A stretch of 64,000 nt of DNA from Paragordius varius. Its lineage: Eukaryota > Animalia > Nematomorpha. The stretch is from contig OZ176054.1 of NCBI GenBank assembly GCA_964247055.1, positions 1,364,001-1,428,000 on the forward strand, written 5' to 3'. Position 1 is the stretch's first letter; each line of letters starts with the position of its first letter. The position numbers and the translations under genes were made by a program. A model generated the notes under the pieces. The model did not search any database. It was not told the DNA's origin and saw nothing but the letters and a program-made list of their open reading frames with translations. Below are positions 1-12,700 of the stretch, one piece after another.

Positions 1-2794
1 CCAAAACCCAATTTTATGTAACATACGAGTGGAAAATAAAATATTAGCCAATTAAAAATAGGCCAATCTTAGTTCTTTACCGCAAAATGAAACATCTTAC
101 AAATTATATGGTTATATTTACAGAGAGTACTATACCATGTTTAAAATTTGATATTTAATAAACTATGCGACACCTTTTCTACCACTTCCTTGTAAGATTC
201 TAAAAAATAATTTCTTTTTTTATTTAGTTTACTACAGTACCTATCCGCAAGAGGAGGGCGGTGGTAATTTTGAGCTTGCAAAAACAAGTAGATTATAATT
301 ATATTGTGATATTTTTTGTTTGGGAATTGTTTTAATATTAAACAATTAAATTTAAATAAATCTTGAATTTTAGAGTATATTTTTAACCTTTATTTAATAG
401 TAAAAAAGAAATCGGTTAGCATAACTTCATCTCAGTTCGGTTCCGCTAAATCTTGTTGGAACTCATGTAATATATAAAATTACTATATAAATACTTTTTA
501 CAATTTATTATAAAAATGTCAATATTTTAGCATCCAGTTATCCTTTTGAAACTCGAGGAAGCCGCCAACAAATAATAATTTAAACGATGTATTGATCAAA
601 ATCGACCGGAACAAGCCAGAAGACATAAGTGATTTCGCTACATACAATAGCATCTCTAAAACTAGTAAAGGCACCTAATCGCTAGATCTAATTTTCGGAC
701 CGACTGTTTTTCACAAAAGACAATCAGTTAGAGATTAATGCAAACAATTATGAATAAAATAAATAATTGATTCCCTTTCAAAATTAGGTGTCCAAAACAT
801 TTATCCTTTTTGGAGTTATCATAAATACAAACTTAATAAAATATAATAAAACTTCCAACTACTAAACTGATTATCAATGAACTAAAATGTTCGTTTTCTT
901 TGTATTTACAAAATAAAATGCAACAATCCTGATAAAATTAAATATTTAGATATGGGAATTAAGAATTTTTAAGTGTTTTTGGCTTTGGAGCTTATGAGAA
1001 GAGTACACTTTGGTGCTAATTGCTCCATGAAAATCAACATTAAAACTATCAAAAATATATATACTCTTAAAATTTATTTCATGCATTAAATCATGTGACT
1101 GAAAGCGACAAGACATTCAAGGAGAGTAACATTAATTTACATTATTATATGCTATAAATATATTTAAAAATCTGTTTCCTTTTCGTAATTATTAATCTTT
1201 TTTTGTTTTGTAAAGTTTTCTTTTGTATGCTAAATATGTAATTTAAATAGTAATATAATTCATAATTCATCAAAAATCATTGTTTAAATATTATCTTTTT
1301 TTCTCTAGGCTTTGGTGCCTTATTATTTTATTTTTACTAGCGTAGCCATAATTTCTTTATATTTTTCTTTTATGATTGCTATAAAAAGCGAAATATTAAT
1401 ATTTATAATTTATCCAAATTGACAACATTTATAAAACTAATTTTTAATTTTATTTATTATCCTAGATATTTATTTTTTTTGTAAAGAGGGTAAGTGAGAG
1501 GGAAGGCAATGGCAAACCACCCTCGTTTATTACTTCCAAAAAATAGTTTTACTATATGCAATTAACGCGACTTTTCAAAGTTGGGTGCTGGAACGTACGT
1601 TCATTAACAGAAACCAAACAGGTTATAATTCAAAGGGAAATGGAAAGATTGAACTTAGATATACTGGGTCTAACGGAAACCAATCAAAAAGGTAGCGCGA
1701 AAGCACAAAACAAAAATTATACATTGTTAAGATCGGGGAGAGATGACCAGAAATCAGAAGGCGTTGCAGTATCAAATAAACAAAATAAATAAAAGTCTCA
1801 TTAGTTATACACCATAACCCAGAATCATAAGTATTAGGGTGGATGCTAAGTTACTGAAATTTACATACATAGTAGTCTGTGCTCCTACGTCAAAGAAGAC
1901 ATAGAGGATTTTGATGCAAAGTTGTAAATAGTTTTTGATGAAACGAAGAAAGGAGATATGATTATCATAGGAGGGCATTGGAACAGCAAAGTTGGTAGAG
2001 GTAGAGTAGATCAAATAATTGGCACATATGGAATGGGAGAACGCGAGGCTGGGGAGGCACTGATCAATTTTTGCCAAGAAAATGAGATGATGATAAATAT
2101 CACATGGTTTCCACAACACAATAAGAGGTTATACACATGGACCTCTCCATGTGGTAATATAAGAACCAAATAGATTACATAATATGTCCTCAAAAATGGA
2201 AAAGCTCTATACTCGATACCAAAACAAGCAAAAGCAGCGATTGCTCTAGCGATCATGAGCTTTTAGTAACCATAATCAAACTTAAAATAATTAAAAATAA
2301 GGTTAAACAGACATAGAGATATGACACTCGGAACATTCCAAATAGTTTTAGAACAGAAACGAAAGATAGATTAGAAAGATTGGACAACGAATGTAGCTCA
2401 GAACAATTATGGGGAACGATAAAAAATGTTATTAATGAAGTGGCAAAAGAAAAAGTGCAGAGAGTAAAGAGGAAAGATAATGGGCCTGCTGAATAAAAAC
2501 AAGCACCTACTGGGTAGTAGGTGCTTGATAGTATGTACCAGTTTTTGAAAAAACATTGAATAAAAATAGGTACTTACTATTATGTACGTACTTAAGTCTT
2601 TAGTATGTGTAAAATGTTTATTTTCATTTTGTTTTTTTTTGTTAGTTGTCGATTTCATTCATAAATGCGTTTGACAAATTCATAATGAAAATTAGAAAGT
2701 CTCACTTTTGGAAAATAAATATCGATTATCTACCCATATTTTTAAATAATGCAATTATTAATACGCATTTATTCATAAATACACAAAAAATAAA

Positions 2795-3760
2795 TCAAAA
2801 TAATGGTGGAACAATTGAATCTTGTTTCATTTTGCCAGCCCTGAGTATTTGGGTTAGATCAATATTTGCTTCACAATCCTCCACATATTCAATATCAAAA
2901 TATGGATTACTATCAAAATCTGTTAAGGGTTCGTTAATATATTTGGATACATTATGTAATATGGAACATGTTAATATAAGTTTTGGTATTACTAGACTTA
3001 TACGAATTTTGTTACCAAGTATAGGAAATCGGGTGTTCATCTGACCGTAAACACGCTCGATAATACTTCTTTCAGAACAATGTAATTTATTGAATTTTTT
3101 CTCGTTATCGATCATCGTATTTTTGAAGGGGATTAGGAGCTAGGGTGATAGTGGATATTTATTATCACCTAACAAACAAAAATCATTTTGTTTGCACATT
3201 ATGACTGAACAATCGTGTTTCGCCATATCCTTGAATCATGTATAGATCCTGGCCATTGTGCATCCACGGATGTAATTTCTTCATTGGCATTACCTGTAAA
3301 TTGTACATTGAGGGTACATCGACCCTTTCTATTTATATAGGCCTCAACATTTTCTTTATCTCTTAATATTTCAAAGTGTGAACAATCAATGCAACCAATA
3401 GCAGTTGGCATTTTATATTTGGATAGCCATAATTTATTCGCCATATTAAGCTCTTCAAATGACTTGGGATATTTTACCCATTGATGAGATTATGATACTA
3501 TTTCGTCCATAACTTTAGGTATAGTTTTGCATATTGTGGAACTATGAACATTAAAATCATGTCCTACACCCGCTTGATATCCCGGATCTCCAAGAAATCT
3601 TAACACAAAATCCAGATTTATGATATTATTAATACCTTCATATGCATCCTGGGAGTTAGTTTCCCGCCTCTCTTTTCATAGTTATCATGTAGAAAAGTAT
3701 TAGTTAAATAATTAATTGACGCCTCCTCAAAACGTAATAATTTATTATTCAATATTTTGG
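2795..3760 (-). pseudogene. Harbinger/HARBI1-like DDE transposase, disrupted
   Basis: Segments LRFLGDPGYQAGVGHDFNVHSSTICK, AIGCIDCSHFEI, YINRKGRCTLNVQ, WPGSIHDSRIW and ERSIIERVYGQMNTRFPIL...CSILHN match DDE_Tnp_4-type motifs. Contains an in-frame TAA and frameshifts. Confidence 0.87.
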
Positions 3761-4309
3761 GATGTGAGTTCTTGTTTTATTGGGTTTCCTAAAAATATTT
3801 ATAATCAAATATGTAATTATTAGTGACAAATTTACTTGTTATATAATAAATTCATAGGTTAAATTTATAATTCACAAAATATATACCAATAATAATACAA
3901 TATCATATTTACTCGATCATTATGGATGATACAAATCCTCCAAATAAAAGAGTCTAAATTAAAGATATGTTTAATTTTTAACCAAAATATGAAAAGGTCA
4001 TTTTATCTTAGTCATAACTCGAATTTGAATAAATCGGTGGTTTTTTATATAGAAAATAGCTTCATTCAAAACGATTCACATAAATATTTATATAAAATTT
4101 TAATGTTTATAAAATAAAATTAAGGTCATTATTTTACATAAAAATGAAAGGATCGAAGAAAATGATATAATTATGGACATTCTTGAAAAAAACCAATATT
4201 TTTTAACAAAACTAATAATCTCTGCAAATTGAACTCACAAAGCTTAAAATAGAGAAGGAAAAAAATTAATAATAAAACAAATAATAGTTAATTATATTAA
4301 TATTATTTA

Positions 4310-4312
<3 letters not shown>

Positions 4313-4358
<46 letters not shown>
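4313..4358. repeat. (TA)n microsatellite inside the Harbinger element
   Basis: Pure TA run seen directly. Confidence 0.95.
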
Positions 4359-4361
<3 letters not shown>

Positions 4362-7300
4362 TCATGTAATTTAAAAAAACATTTATCTTAGAAATTTTAT
4401 AAAAATAAAACCGATATTATTTCAAGTGAAAAATAATAGATTAAAATGTTGCCATTTACCAGCTCAAAAAAAACCAGTAAGTACTAGGTAAAATTTGTAA
4501 AAAGACCATTTTTATTCAATGATATTTGTCAGTAAATACTGGTAAACATAGTATGTACTGGATAGTAAAAACAATATATTTTTTTATTTAATACATAGCT
4601 AGTATTTACTGGAAAAAACCTAGTTTTTAGTATATACTAGCTTTTATTTAGCAGGCCCAATAAATGGATATCAGAAAAGAGTTTAGAGATAGCAGAAAAG
4701 CGGAGAAAAGCTAAATTAAGAGGTGATAATAAAATGGTTAAATTATATAACAAAGAATTTCAACGACAAATAAGGAAGGATTATGAAGATTTTTTAATTT
4801 CTGGAAAAGGAATTAAATAACAAAAAAGGATTAATGCAACCAATGTTCCAGAAACTGAGGCAAATGACTCATAAACCTTTTATATCATCCCAAAAGATTA
4901 AAAAAGAGAATGGCACCATATTGTGCAAACAAACAGAAGTACGAGTAAGATGGAAGGAATACACCCAAAAACTCTATCAGGCTCCTCAAGCAAAAGAGTT
5001 GCAATTAAAAGAAGAAGAACGTGATCTAGATATACTAAGAGATTAGGTTGAATTAGCCTTAAAACAAATTCCTAACAACAAAGCGATGGGATTAGACAAC
5101 ATCCCAATAGAGTTCATAAAAGCTATTCCTGTAGAAACGTTACACAAGTTATGTCAAAAGGTGTGGGAAACATGTGAGTGGCAAACTACTGGATATCTGT
5201 ATATCTCCCAATATACAAAAAAGTAGATGTACTCCAGGGCGAAAACTACCGGAATATATCTCTTATTAGCCACGCTAGTAAGGTCTTACTAAAAATAATA
5301 CAAAACAGGATGCACAGTATCATACAGTCAGAAATACCAGAAAATCAAGCCGGATTTATGAAGGGAAAAAGCACAAGAGACCATATCTTAAACATGAGAA
5401 GGAAAATGGAAACATCCAGAGAATTCCAGAAAGAATTAAATATGTGTTTTATTGATTAGAGACTAGCCTTCGATTCGATTAACTATGACTCGTGGGAAAC
5501 ATTAAAGTTAGTAGGAATATCATCTCACTTAATAAGATTGATTAGCTCTCTCTATGTAAAACAAAGAGCGATTATAAGAACATCAGCGGGGGACACAAAG
5601 AAATACCTATCGTGAAAGGAGTCAGGCAACGGTAATGCTTATCCCCTTATCTGTTCAATATGTGCACAGAAATGATAATGAGGAGTTAGATGGTAAAAAT
5701 ATTGGAGTAAGAATAGGAGGGAGAATCACTAATTTAAGGTTTGCAGACGATACCACTCTTTTAGCTGAAAGTGTAAATGATTTGAAGGAATAGATTGAAG
5801 AGATTCGAAAGGAAAGTTTTTGAGTTATGGTCTCTTAACCCTAACAAAACCAAAATATTGTGTACTGGAGAAAAGCCTACAATTATTATAGAAGGGGTAG
5901 AAATAGAAATAGTTAAACAGTTAACGTTTTTGGCCGCAATAATTTCAGAGGACGGGTCTTCAACTCCTGAATCAGAAAGAGAATAGGATTGGGTAGAGAA
6001 GCGATGACCAAATTATTAAAGATTTGAACCAAAAAAGATTACTCTATTGTTTCGTTCTCCCGGTCACCACATATGGATGTGAGAGCTGGACTCTCAGAAA
6101 AAGGGACAAAGAAATGCTCATGGCTTTCGAAAGGAGCTGCTGGCGTAGGATGCTAGGATACACATGGAAGGATAAAATTAAGAATGGAAAACTAACAACA
6201 GAAATAAAACCCAAAACAAAAATCCTGGAGATAATTTTAAAAAGAAAGTTAACATATTTTGATCATATCATGCGATCGAATTCTGCTAGAGAAAGTACAA
6301 TGTTTGGGAAGGTGGAAGGACAAAGTAAAAGAGGCCGACCACCGATGAGGTGGTTGGATACGATAAAAGAAGAGACTAAAATGACATGGAACGGTCTCAA
6401 TATAAAAGATAGAAGAAAATGGAATGAAATGGTGTAAACTATATCCAAAAAGTCGTTTAGTACTTAGGAAAAACCAACCAACATTAAAAGCTGTGCTATT
6501 ATTATATTAAATTTTAGTGATTGTTTTTGGGATCCGGTCCTAAAATTCTGGGTATGATTAATATGTAGATTAAAAATGTATAATCATTAAAAAATTTAAT
6601 ATTGAAACATATTTTATGGCATTTCAAAGCATGGTGCGAATCTAGTAACACTCTCAAATATTAAAAACCTATCAATAATCTAGTAATTGAACATTTCCCT
6701 CAGATTTCAAATTTGATACTATTTGCTTTAAATACAATTTAAAATAACCTGAAAAAAACTAAAGTTTAATCTAAAATATAAGGTAATATGTATTATAAAT
6801 TAAAAACAGAGTTTCTGAAATTATTGTCCGCGTTTTCAACATACCATATTACCATCAAATGCGCTTCAACAATTATTAAAAATATTTCCTAAAATTCAAA
6901 AATTTAATTATATAATGGCTAAAATAATTTTACTGTTGAGATATGGATTTTATACAACCTTACATTTTATGAAAAAAATTTGTGTATAATGCGTTAAAAA
7001 GATTTTTAAATTCGACTTATACCCCAATAATCAAATAAATCGCTCTGGGCTATAAAACTACCTCAAAAGTTCATGGTTTTATAAAACTTATAAAATAAAA
7101 AATGGCCAATGCTCTCGTTTGTTTATCCCAATTTTCTCAAACTCAACACTATGTCTTTTTTTATTTCATAGCGTGTAGCAGGCACAATAATATATAAAGG
7201 AGTTAACTGGTAAATCATTATATAGTTAGGGTTATTTTATATAGCTATATATTGAAAACTGTTAAAATCGATTCGAACGAAAATAATTCAAAAATTAACC

Positions 7301-7405
7301 ATATAATTAAAAATATATGGCGCCCTCTACATTTATAATTATATTCATTAACATATCATATATATTAAATTAAAAAATATAAGCTTTCTAATTATATATT
7401 AGAGA

Positions 7406-9716
7406 TTAGTTGTTCCTTGGAATAAATTCGATCTCAAGTTCTTGATCTGACATGATAATTGGCTTCATTATTGGTTTTACATTCTGACTTGATTGTAGTT
7501 TATATTTTTTAAGGATCTAAAATTTATAAAATTATATAATATTTCAAATTCAAGCCGTTGTAAATAAATTAATGCTGAAGGAAAAATTATAAAATATTTT
7601 AGGATAAATAGTTTGTACTACCACACTGTGTGCTAATTTGAACAAAAAGCTCTTTTACTAAAAAAGTCCTCTTTTTTAAAAGTTATATATATTTTACTTA
7701 TTAAGAAAACACATTAATTATTAAAATATATGATTTATCCATCAAAAAGGTACTATAAAATATTTGATAAATATATAATATTGGGCTATAAAATTTCGTA
7801 TTTGTCTTTTACCATATTTAAAATATCTCACGATTGGGCTAGCTTCTCATAGTTTCACTCATTTTGTTAAAAATGGCAATTTAGAAAATCTAATCATAGG
7901 GATATTATACTTAAAAAATATCTTAAGATGTTATTATGACACTTAAAGTCCGCTTGGCTTGAATAACATAAACTTGTCTTTAACAATTCTCTGTACTAGA
8001 TGCAAAAGCATTGTCTAGCAATCATATGATTTTAATCAAAAAATCTAGCATACAAGACCGGTAGCAAACTATATATTTTTACTTCTTATGTAGAGATTGA
8101 TTGATAGGATTGGATATTAAACTCATCTGCTACCTTATATATTTTAAATTAATACTTACTTTGGCCAACGTAATGTAAATTTCTTGCTCTGCTAATCTTC
8201 GACCAGGACATTGGCGGGCCCCATGACCCCATGCCAAATTGGCTACAAAGGGAGCCATATCAGAATTTGGCAATTTGGATTCGTCTTTTTGACAAGCATT
8301 AGTTGGGGATTGTTGACTGACTTCTTCGCCATATTCACTCTTAAGCTTCCGACCAGCCCGAATCCAACGTTCAGGCTCAAATTTTTCAATGTTGGTAAAT
8401 ATAGAGGGGTCTCTGCCCATAGGCCATAAACAGCCCTGGACATGAGTCTATAAAGAATAAAATATATATTTTATTGAAATACGTTTATGGAGAGGGCACA
8501 TATTCGAATGCATATTGATGAATTTTTCATTTATTTTATATTACGTTAATATATATATACACTGTGTGCAAAAAAGAGGCCATTTTGATTTAACGAAAAA
8601 AATTTTCATGAGATAGCTCATGACCAGCGTATTCATTTGCCGCAAAAATTTTTATTTGTTGACAACCTAGTTTTTAAAATATTAAGAAAAAATTGAAATC
8701 GAGCAAAAAGTTAAAATTAAGAATAATTAAAAAAATAAAGAAATTTTAAATATTATGGTTTATTATCATGAGATATTTTTAATATATAAATAGCTTCAAA
8801 TCATATAGTTTTGGGTTTCTGTAAAATTTCAGGTCAAAAGATGGCGCTTTTCTTTTATCACACTTAAAAGACAAAATAAATTAAATGAAACTATATAAAA
8901 TATTTTTTTAATTATTTACTACCTAAACTACTATTAAAATCTTAACATATTATACTCAGGAAATTATACTATATCAAAATAAAACCAGAAATATTGTTCT
9001 TTTATTTTTCTGTCATCTGGTTTATGAGTGTATAAAAAATTTATACTGTTTTATTTTGGAATCTCACATGATTAGAAATTATTAAATATATATTATATGC
9101 AAAATATGAATTAGTGGAATATCAACCAACAATCCGTACAAATCCCAATACAAATATTAATTTGTCATAAAACAGACTTGTTACAGGAAATTGTAAGGAT
9201 TTTTTGGTTGATATTCCATTATTTTTAAATCCTATTTTGCATATAATATATATTTAATAATTCCTAATCATATGAGAATCCAAAATAAAACAGTATAAAC
9301 TTTTTATACACCCAAACCAGATGACATAAAAAAGCAAAAATAAAAAACAATATTTTTGGTTTTATTTTGATAGTTTATTTTAGTGAATAAAATATGAATG
9401 TTAAGATTTTAATAGTGAGTTTAGGTAGTAAATAATTAACAAATATTATTTTAATATAGTTTTATTAAATTTATTTTGTCTTTTAAGTGTGATAAAATAA
9501 AAACCCATTTTTTGACCTGAAATAGAAACCCAAACTATATGAATTGAGGCTATTTATACTTAATTATCCTAAATTTTCACTTTTTGCCCGATTTCGATTT
9601 TCTCTCAATATTTCAAAAACTAGGTTGTCAACAAATAAAAATTTTTGCGGCAAATGATTACGCTGGTCATAAGCTATCTCGAAAAAAAACTTTCGTTAAA
9701 AATTTTTTTGCACACA

Positions 9717-9753
<37 letters not shown>

Positions 9754-12700
9754 AAAATAGCATACAAAAATAATTGTCAGTAATGAGTGAAGATTAATAG
9801 ACCTAAATAGAGGGACTCATTTTTTAAAAATTACCAAGACTTTCATGATATAAATAAGTAAAACTTGAACCGGTTCGGTTATTTTTAATAGTTCCGGAAC
9901 TCACTTTTAAAAATTATCACAGGTAAATCGGTTTCCAATTTTTAATAATTATAATTAGTTTAAGTTAAGCCCAAATATATATCCAAAAATCTTCCATTCC
10001 ATCGTTTTTCTAAACTATAAGGATTAATATTTTTAATATAATACTTAAATAATGATTATATTAAATGGGCAGAACAAAATATTATAAAAAATATATAATG
10101 AATATGATATATACTGTGTCAAAATTCTGTCCACATTTTGGAATTTTTATTATGTGAAGAAGAGTTTTAATCTGAAACATATGAGGTATTCAAAGCTATA
10201 TAAAAGGAAAAAGTTTCAAAAACTGAATGCTTAGCTCATAACAAAACTCAAATACTTAAATAGGAGAAAAATAAAAGTTACATTTGAAACTACACAAAGG
10301 TTTTGTGTGCAGCAACGACAGCTATTTAGGCCATATCTGTATATTAAATAATAAAGGGGTATTTATTGTTTTGTTCCATGTTGATATTTCGTTTTTATTA
10401 GCTACATTTTTATAAGTAATTAAATATAAAATCTCAGCAGATATATGGAAGAAAGACCCTTTTAGCCATAATATGGATAGACTATAATTTAATTATGCTA
10501 GTAACAATTTTTATATTTTACTTAAATGTGTATTCATATGTTATTACCGTATACCATTTACAGTTCAGATTCACCCTTGAACAATTCAAATTCACCCTTG
10601 AACACTTCAAATTTACCTTTGAACAATTCCACCCTAAAAATAAATTATGTATTTTCGAACTAATATAACTAATTATTTATATGAAATATATGTTTATGAT
10701 ATAGTTTATTATTTTTTCAGTATTATTATAATTAAAACAAAATTATTATTTTTAAAAAATATATAAAAATATTGGTAATTTTTAAACTTAAAAAACATTT
10801 TTATTTGAGGGTGAATTTGAATTGTTCAAAGGTGAATTTGAATTGTTCAAGGGTGAATTTGAATTGTTCGAGGGTGAATTTGTATTGTTCAAGGGTGAAT
10901 TTGAACTGTAAATGGTATATTAAATAAGAGAATACGTTAGAGAAAAGTACCCAAAGGATATACCATATTTTAAACTGATATTAAAGAAAAGTACACATAT
11001 CCTGTGTTCACCAAAAATTAGCGAATTTTCTATAATAATATGAACACTTGTTTGTAAGTGTAGGGCAGAAAATGGCAAACTCTATTCAGTTATAAAGCAT
11101 ATATGTGACCTCATGTAAGAGAGGATGGCTTTGTAGACCTAAGACACCACACTGAATAAATGGTGATTATCACAAAAAACATAAATGTTTTTCTACGCAC
11201 AATGGGAGGGCCCAAGAAATATGAATTAACGTCAAATCGTAAACCGTATGACTTTGGTTTATCCATGAAAATTATTTTGGATAGAATTGGGACCGGTGAG
11301 TAATAAGCTTTCCACTTCCCACACCGTTTCGTCACATTATGTCCAAATCGCTTCGGTAGTAAACCATGCTCCGCGCCTTGTGAGGCCAGAGCGGTATTAT
11401 GCATTATAAACTTTTAAAGTCATGTAATGCACAACATTATCTCTAATAAATTTAAGACGTGCATTAATCGAAAAATATCCGAAATAAACCAGATGGCTAA
11501 AATATTTTGCTATAAGACAAAGGCTGCCTTTAGCACACCAAAACCAGTGAACATCTTAAATCCTTCGATGGGGATATATTTATCCATTAAACTTTCTTTC
11601 CTACCCTGGCGCCATCCGATTATACTCTGGCATCAATGAGATACACACTCGCAGTTTAATATTTTCAACAACGTTATAAACAGCTTGACGAATAATTTGC
11701 CGCAAATATCAATCATATTCTAGCACGGTATTCATACCTGAAAAATGAGCGAAATGTGTAGAAGCCGATGAATGTTTAATAAAGACGTCAGCAAATGTAT
11801 AGAACCGTTAATTTGACACAGAAATCTATTTTGTTTGACATTAAACGACATACAACAGATTCGCGTATTTCATCTTTTAGTAATCTATATTTTGTGGCTA
11901 TAAAAAATCGGACGCTGAAATTCATCGTTAGCTGTTGAAACCATATATGCTTCATTGATTGAAATATGAGGCTCTGATAGACTGCACAACTAGCAAGACG
12001 ATAAAGTGAAAAGTTATTAAATAATGACCCAATACAAACTCGACGGTAATGGGCAGAATCATTACGCGTATCACACAATCAGTAACGCCTAAAATAGGAA
12101 AAACCAACTCATAAATTCACCGGAATAAAAAGTAAAAAATTGCCAAGGGACTTGCAAAATCTTTAAAATCGTGCCTCAATTAACCATAGAAAATCATTTT
12201 GCATCAAATTTTGACGAATGATGAGCAGCTTTTTTTTCTAAATCAAGAGGGCAAAGTGGCTACCATGTCAAACCCGTCCATAAACACCAAGGTTGAATTG
12301 CTTGAGTAAGAAGATCATGCTCTAGGTCTGGTGGGGAAAGGTATATATTATGTAAAAATCTCTAAAACTGTTACAAGAATATGGACAACAAATGATTACT
12401 TAAAACCATGGATTGATAAACGAGGGATTGATTTTGCTATATGACAATGCATTGTCTCACACAGTAAAATCAATGAAATAAAATTTCTTTCGCTGCGTAT
12501 TCACTTGATCTAGCGCCATCTGACTATTACCTTTTCGCATCAAGGTGGCACACGCAGAGTAACACAACATTAATTTTGAAGCCGTTGTGAAATGTTGACC
12601 AATTATTGCATCTAAAACAAGCAGTGTTTCTGGCTTTTTATTTACATATAAAAAATGGCTGAAATCTGTAGCAGCGGATGAACCTTCATAATTACGTAAT

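Larger units (their letters stand above)
2482..4658 (-). mobile_element. PIF/Harbinger-superfamily DNA transposon nested in the RTE
   Basis: 17-bp TIRs GGGCCTGCTGAATAAAA (from 2482) and TTTTATTTAGCAGGCCC (ending 4658), 1 mismatch. 3-bp TSD AAT at 2479-2481 and 4659-4661. Removing the element plus one TSD restores the RTE frame (RVKRKDNKWISEKSLEIAEKRRK). Confidence 0.9.
1485..6482 (+). mobile_element. RTE-clade (BovB-like) non-LTR retrotransposon, near full length, decayed, interrupted by a Harbinger element
   Basis: APE endonuclease fragments (VGCWNVRSL, ILGLTET, IIIGGHWNSKVG, LYTWTSP; ORFs 1556-1792 and 1958-2173). RT fragments (NYRNISLISHASKVLLKII, QAGFMKGKSTRDH, RFADDTTL at ~5737-5760) and C-terminal RTE region (YGCESWTLRK, RGRPPMRWLD). 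5' motif GAAGGCAATGGCAAACCAC at 1502-1520 and 3' tail GGAAAAACCAACCAAC. Multiple stops and frameshifts. Confidence 0.92.

Noticed and set aside
1-1480. Short open stretches that might be exons of a gene outside the window
   Set aside because: No recognisable domain and no consistent splice chain.
1805-3044. ORFs 1805-2119, 2011-2256, 2407-2658 and 2646-3044 as independent genes
   Set aside because: They are antisense or junction shadows of the RTE endonuclease and Harbinger transposase frames, with no recognisable domains.
3900-4280. Possible Myb/SANT second ORF of the Harbinger element
   Set aside because: There is only a short coiled-coil-like fragment (IELTKLKIEKEK); all frames are stop-ridden and no Trp-spaced Myb pattern is visible.
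1556-6437. In-frame TAA/TAG/TGA in RT and transposase frames as evidence of a variant genetic code
   Set aside because: The stops occur only in TE relics along with frameshifts; host genes use TAA and TAG as normal terminators.
8185-8250. Trp-for-Phe heme signature as a unique novelty or sign of a pseudogene
   Set aside because: The gene model is intact, and W at this position is known in CYP8 and, from memory, CYP10, so it is a family trait.
10560-10905. 21-bp repeat arrays as a possible CRISPR array
   Set aside because: The repeats are directly adjacent with no unique spacers, are inverted at the two ends of a TIR element, lie in a eukaryotic intron, and have no cas genes.
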